From the human T2T-CHM13v2.0 reference genome, Homo sapiens: a stretch of 64,000 nt of DNA. Of the stretch, positions 59,056-64,000 are shown one piece after another. The translations under genes and the position numbers were made by a program. The DNA lies in assembly GCF_009914755.1 (NCBI RefSeq), contig NC_060939.1. One strand, written 5' to 3'. The notes beneath the pieces were generated by a model. The model was not told the DNA's origin. It searched no databases and worked only from the letters and a program-made list of their open reading frames with translations. Positions within the stretch are counted from its first letter, which is position 1. The number at the start of each line of letters is the position of its first letter.

Positions 59056-62039
59056 ACTATAAGACAAATGTTTAAAAGGTTAATTGTATGAATCCTGTCA
59101 TGAGTTAAATTATTCAGAGTGTTCATTATAGAGAATAATCCAAAGTTAAAATAATTGGATAATTTATTTGTATGTAGGATAAAAGTAGTAGGAGATTGCT
59201 TCTTGAAGATTTAAAATTATATTGAGTGTAATTATTTGCATTAAAATAATTTTAAATGTTTTGAATAGCAAGTATTGATATAATTAAACTTTCGAATAAC
59301 TTAGTGCTTTGCCTTTATTCCTAATGTTTATATGGAAGCATGTGGTCAATGTTTGATGCATTACAGCTCTGAGCGGTCCTTCTGTATTAGGTGGTCATCA
59401 TTTATATACTTCTCCATAAAAGATTAAGGACCTGGAAATGTAAGATACATGAAGAAAATCTAAGTGGAGAGGCTGTTTGTGGTTAAGTGATAACAGTGTT
59501 GTAAGCGATGCATGAGGTAGGTGTTCAGTGCATATCCTCTGCATTTTATTAATAAACACTGTAAAATTTAGAAGAAAATTGTTTCACCAAATGCACATAA
59601 AACTAATAAAATAGAGTGGATTTTGATATGTCTCAGATTATTTGTAAACTTTATTTGTTTTAACAAATAAAAAATATTTTTAATATGTTAAGGGTCTTGT
59701 GCATTGATTGAAGTGTCATCCTGCTGTCAACATTAACTTATTCTACCTTACTCAGGCTTGTAGGTAAAACATGGTAAGACTATACCATTAAGTAATATGG
59801 TGGAATAACATCTGTAGTGATTCTTTTTCCCAGTGGCCTTATACTTCAAATAATTTAGAGAATATTGTTCCCACGTATTACATTTTTATTTATTTTGTAA
59901 CTGTGAAGTTATTGTGATGGTTATACTGAAGATTATATAGGAGTATAATCAAAAGCCCTACATTTCTGAATTCTGAATAACTATTTAGAAAATTCAGCCT
60001 ACATTTTTTTGAACATGTTATCTCTGGTTCTACAAACACAAAATTTTAGTTTTAATTTACATGGTGTAAAATTTCTAAATATATTACTCTAAAGATAAAC
60101 TTTAGATATAAAAGAATTGGAGAAGTAATTGTTTTTATGTGAGTGTGGACCTATTCTGAGTAGGAAAATATATCAGAACAAAGCAGATGATTTCATGAGT
60201 GTTTATGATATACTAGCAAACTAAAACCTCACAGATTCTGAAAGCAAATTTATTTCCTCTGCTTTCCATTCATCTCTAAAATCTTGTGGTTCAGAATCTC
60301 CCCATCCAAACCCTTTGTTCTAGCTTGCCTTCTATTCATGCTAGACCTAATATACAATTTTCTTCTTTCAAAGTTCATGAAGTATTCTTTACGTGACCTG
60401 CCTAATGATTATAGCTCTTTCGGTAAAATGTAATGGTGCTAACTAAATAATTTGAAGATCTGAGTAATTTTGCAGTGAGTATATTATTAAATTTTATTAT
60501 TTAATTAGTATATTTAATCTTTTCAATTAGACAATTCTATTTAAGCAAAATGTTTTTATTACTGTTTCTTTCATGTTTTATAGTAGACATATTTGATATA
60601 ATTATTGAATTTATTGAGCCATGCTTTTAAGGTAAAAACTCGGGAGGCTTCATAAGCCATGGGATTTTCTTGCCATTTGTATGAAGTAAACAAACACAAG
60701 ACGGTGCTAGGTGTGTAACAAATGCTTTACAATTATCAGGAAATATTTCTGCTCGAGTGAGTTTGTATCTTCATATAAGAGATTAAAAACACCCAGAGTG
60801 AAGAAGTGGCATTGGTTTTGCATGGTGAGAGAGGAAATCTGTAGTCAGGCTGCACAACTAACTCTAAATTTAGACAGATAAATTCTGCTTCTTTTATTTT
60901 CTAATTATCTTCAGTTTTTCTTTCACTGTCTTTTTATCTTCACCCCCAAATACATGTGCATTACAGCCCTTCTCTTTCTTTGCCTGTCTTATGGCAACAG
61001 CTTGCTCACTGTTCTCCCCACCCCATGTTATTTCACACAGTACTCTGCAGGTTCTGAGGACAAGTTAGAATTATTTTTAATGTGCCTAAAAATTCTTTGT
61101 AGCTGGAGAATTTGAGGTCATTTATAGATTACAAATGCAACATTCTTGTCACTTAATTTAGATAAGATAACGCAGTATCCATGGATTAGATCATTGGACA
61201 GATAGCATTGTTAAACATTATTATAACACAAAGAATGGTAAATATCAAATTAGACTAAGTGAAGTATTAATACCAGTGGGCCATGTATTATTAGTGCTAC
61301 ATAAGAAAACAAATCAAAATTTGGATATCTCATTAGAGACATGTCTTAGAAATAAAATTGTATTAAGGAGAGTTAGTGGTAAGTAAAATATTTTAAATTC
61401 AAATTTCTATGAAATATTTATCCCACCGCTTATGTTTCCATGCAGAATCTTCTGTTGTTGAGTGGGTATAATAAGTTTTGGACAAAAATAAAATAACCTT
61501 TGTGGGTTTAAAATTTGGAATAATCATTTTTGTGGATTCGTATTGCCATCTTGGGAAATTTCTCACTCATATTATTATAACTTCTTTTATTTGAATGGGC
61601 ACAGTTACAGTCCACAGTTTTTATTCTCAGACACCTAATTACAGCCAAATTCTAGGTCATTCTCTTTAGAGAAATCTCAAAGACAATGGCAGGCTTTTGG
61701 ATTAAAACATTTTCTCAGTGATTTTGGATGCAAACTTGTTTTCAGTGTTTACAGAAGGGCCAGAGGTGAAACCATTAGCAGCACCTGCCTTTTTAGTGTC
61801 TTCTATACCAGGAATTCCAGGTACCTGGAGCTCAAAGTAAAAGCTCTAAAGTACATAGGATTCTCCCAGGCACTGTGCTGGTTCTTGCACATGCTGGTAA
61901 ATATCTGAGTTTCTATGCTTATGACTGACAAATGAAATGACAAAAACATCACAAAAACTATATATTTTGATACTACTCTGCTAAGCTTATGAATAAGACA
62001 CAGACTGATTATTTGAAACACTACCTTTTCATGTTTCTA

Positions 62040-64000
62040 AATTTTTTAAATTGACAGATAAAATTATATGTATTGTCATGTAAAATGTGGTTTAAAGCAT
62101 GCATACATTGTGTAATATTAAATTCTGGCTAATTAACAAGTGCTTTACCTCATATAGTTATCATTTTTGTGATGGAGAACACTTAACATTGACTATATCA
62201 GTATTTTTAAAACATAACAGTATGTCATCATTAACTATAGTCACCAGGCTTTACAACAGATTTTTTAAATATATTCCTAACTATATATTCTTTGAAAGAC
62301 ATCTACCCAATCCCCTTCCAAAATATCTTAGCCTCTCGCTCCACTATTTTAGTCTCTACTTCAATGCGATCAATTTTTTAAAATTCCACATATGAGCAAA
62401 ATCATGAGGTATTTGTCTTTCTGTGTCTGGATTATTTCAATTAACATAATCTCCTTCATGTTCATCCATGTAATTGAAAATGACAGTATTTTCTATTTTA
62501 AGGCTGAATAATAATCCATTCGTACAGAATGGATGTATGCCACATGTTCTTTATCATTTTATTTGATAATAAACCCTGAGTTTGATTTTATATCTTGGCT
62601 ATTGTGAATAGTGCTGCAATAAACATAACAGCACAGATGTCTCTTTCACATACTTGATTTTTTTGATATGTGCCCAATAATGATATTGCTGTATCATATG
62701 ATAGTTCAGCTTTTAACGTTTGAGAAATCTCCATACTGTTTTGTATAATGGCTACGCTGATTTACATTCAGTGCGCAAGCATTCCCTTTGCTCCACATCT
62801 TTGCCAATAATTATTTTTTTGGCTTTTTATTAATAGTCATTCTAACAGTAGTGAGTTGTTATCTAATAGAGGTTTAGATTAGTCCTAACCTTAGATTAGC
62901 CTTAACCTTAGATTAGCCTTATGATAATTTACCTCGCATTTTTTTCATATATTTTTTACCATTTGTATGTCTTCCTTTAAGAAATGTTTATTTACATCTT
63001 TCACCCATTTTAATAGTTACTTGTTTATTGTTCTATAGTTGTTTGAGTTTCCTGTCTATTTTGGATAGTAACCCTTTGTCAGATATATAACTCATAAATA
63101 TTTTCTCTTATTTATACGTTATTTTTCTTCTGTTGGTTGTACCTAGTGCTGTGTAGAAGCTTTTCAGTTTTCAAGTAATCTCATTTGTCTACTTCCACTT
63201 TTGTTTGCTGGGATTTTGAGGTGAAATAAATAAGAAAAAATTATTGTCCCCACCAATGTCATGGAGCTTTCACTCTGTTTTTTGTAGCAGTTCCAGAGTT
63301 TTGAGTCTTTGATTTATGTTGGTGGAGGGTCTCATTTCATTGTTCTGCCTGGAGATACTCAGTTTTCATAACACCACTTTTGAAGTAACTGTCCTTTCCC
63401 CACTGTGTGTTCTTGTCACCTTTGTGTAAGATCCTGAAATTTTATGAATTTGTTTCTGGGCTCTGCATTCTGCTTTATTCACCTATGTTTCTCTTTTTAA
63501 ACCAGTTATCATACTGTATCAATTCCTAAAGCTTTGTAGTGTATTTCAAAGGTAGTGTAATGCTTCCAGCTGTATTATTTGTGCTTAATTTCTGTTGCTG
63601 TTTAGTGTTTTTGTGATGCCATATGAACTTTAGAATTTTTGAAATATTCTAAATAATTTCATTTGTATACAGATAAGAGACTGCTTTGAATCTGTAGATT
63701 GTTTTGCTCAGTGTAGACATTTTAACAGTATTAATTCTGCCAATCAATGAACCAGAAATATCTTTCCATTTATTTGTGATTTAGAAAGTTTTTCTACTCA
63801 GTGTTTTTTAATTTTAATATAGAAATCTTTCACCATTTTGGTTACATTTATGAGTAAACTTTTTGTAGTTATTATAAATAAAATTGTTTACTTGACTTTT
63901 TCAGGTAGTTTATAGTTAATGTATAGAAATTCTGGCATTTTGAATTGGTTTAAATTTTTTATTTTTGTGGGTACTTAGTTGGAGATATATTGATGTGATA
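62040..64000 (-). mobile_element. Old L1 3' end (L1MA/MB-like), runs off window
   Basis: aaattgacagataaaatt...tatcttggctattgtgaatagtgctgcaataaacat...gctttgaatctgtagattg. Confidence 0.8.

Noticed and set aside
62885-62922. Short tandem duplication CCTTAGATTAGCCTTA resembling telomeric repeat
   Set aside because: Two-copy local duplication inside old L1; not a TTAGGG array.

Overview
Human (great-ape) pericentromeric segmental-duplication mosaic, most consistent with the 15q11.2 NF1-pseudogene cassette. There is no prokaryotic content and no intact protein-coding gene. Layout from left to right: (1) 1-9050 is repeat-rich DNA (Alu, L1, L2/MIR, Tigger). (2) ~9080-12692 is a GC-rich block centred on a near-palindromic bidirectional promoter: six CCAATCAG boxes, two outward-facing TATA boxes, two mirror-image first exons each ending in a GTAAG donor, and inverted G-rich intronic tandem repeats. 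The core hairpin matches MIR5701 and the minus arm fits the 5' end of a LINC01193/CT60-type lncRNA. (3) 16490-35502 is an unprocessed partial NF1 pseudogene on + (exons 18-29 and 32-36, legacy 13-23.1 and 24-27b; exons 30/31 missing), with frameshifts, stops and three dead splice sites. (4) An Alu/L1-rich spacer follows. (5) 50122-51590 is an orphan, disrupted C2H2 zinc-finger exon (ZNF519-like). (6) 58175-59055 is a V1R vomeronasal receptor pseudogene. (7) Old L1 runs to the end. The most interesting structure is the mirror-symmetric promoter/exon-1 cassette, which appears able to drive a cancer-testis lncRNA leftwards and a spliced NF1-pseudogene transcript rightwards. Gene names and reference comparisons are from recalled sequence and need BLAST confirmation.
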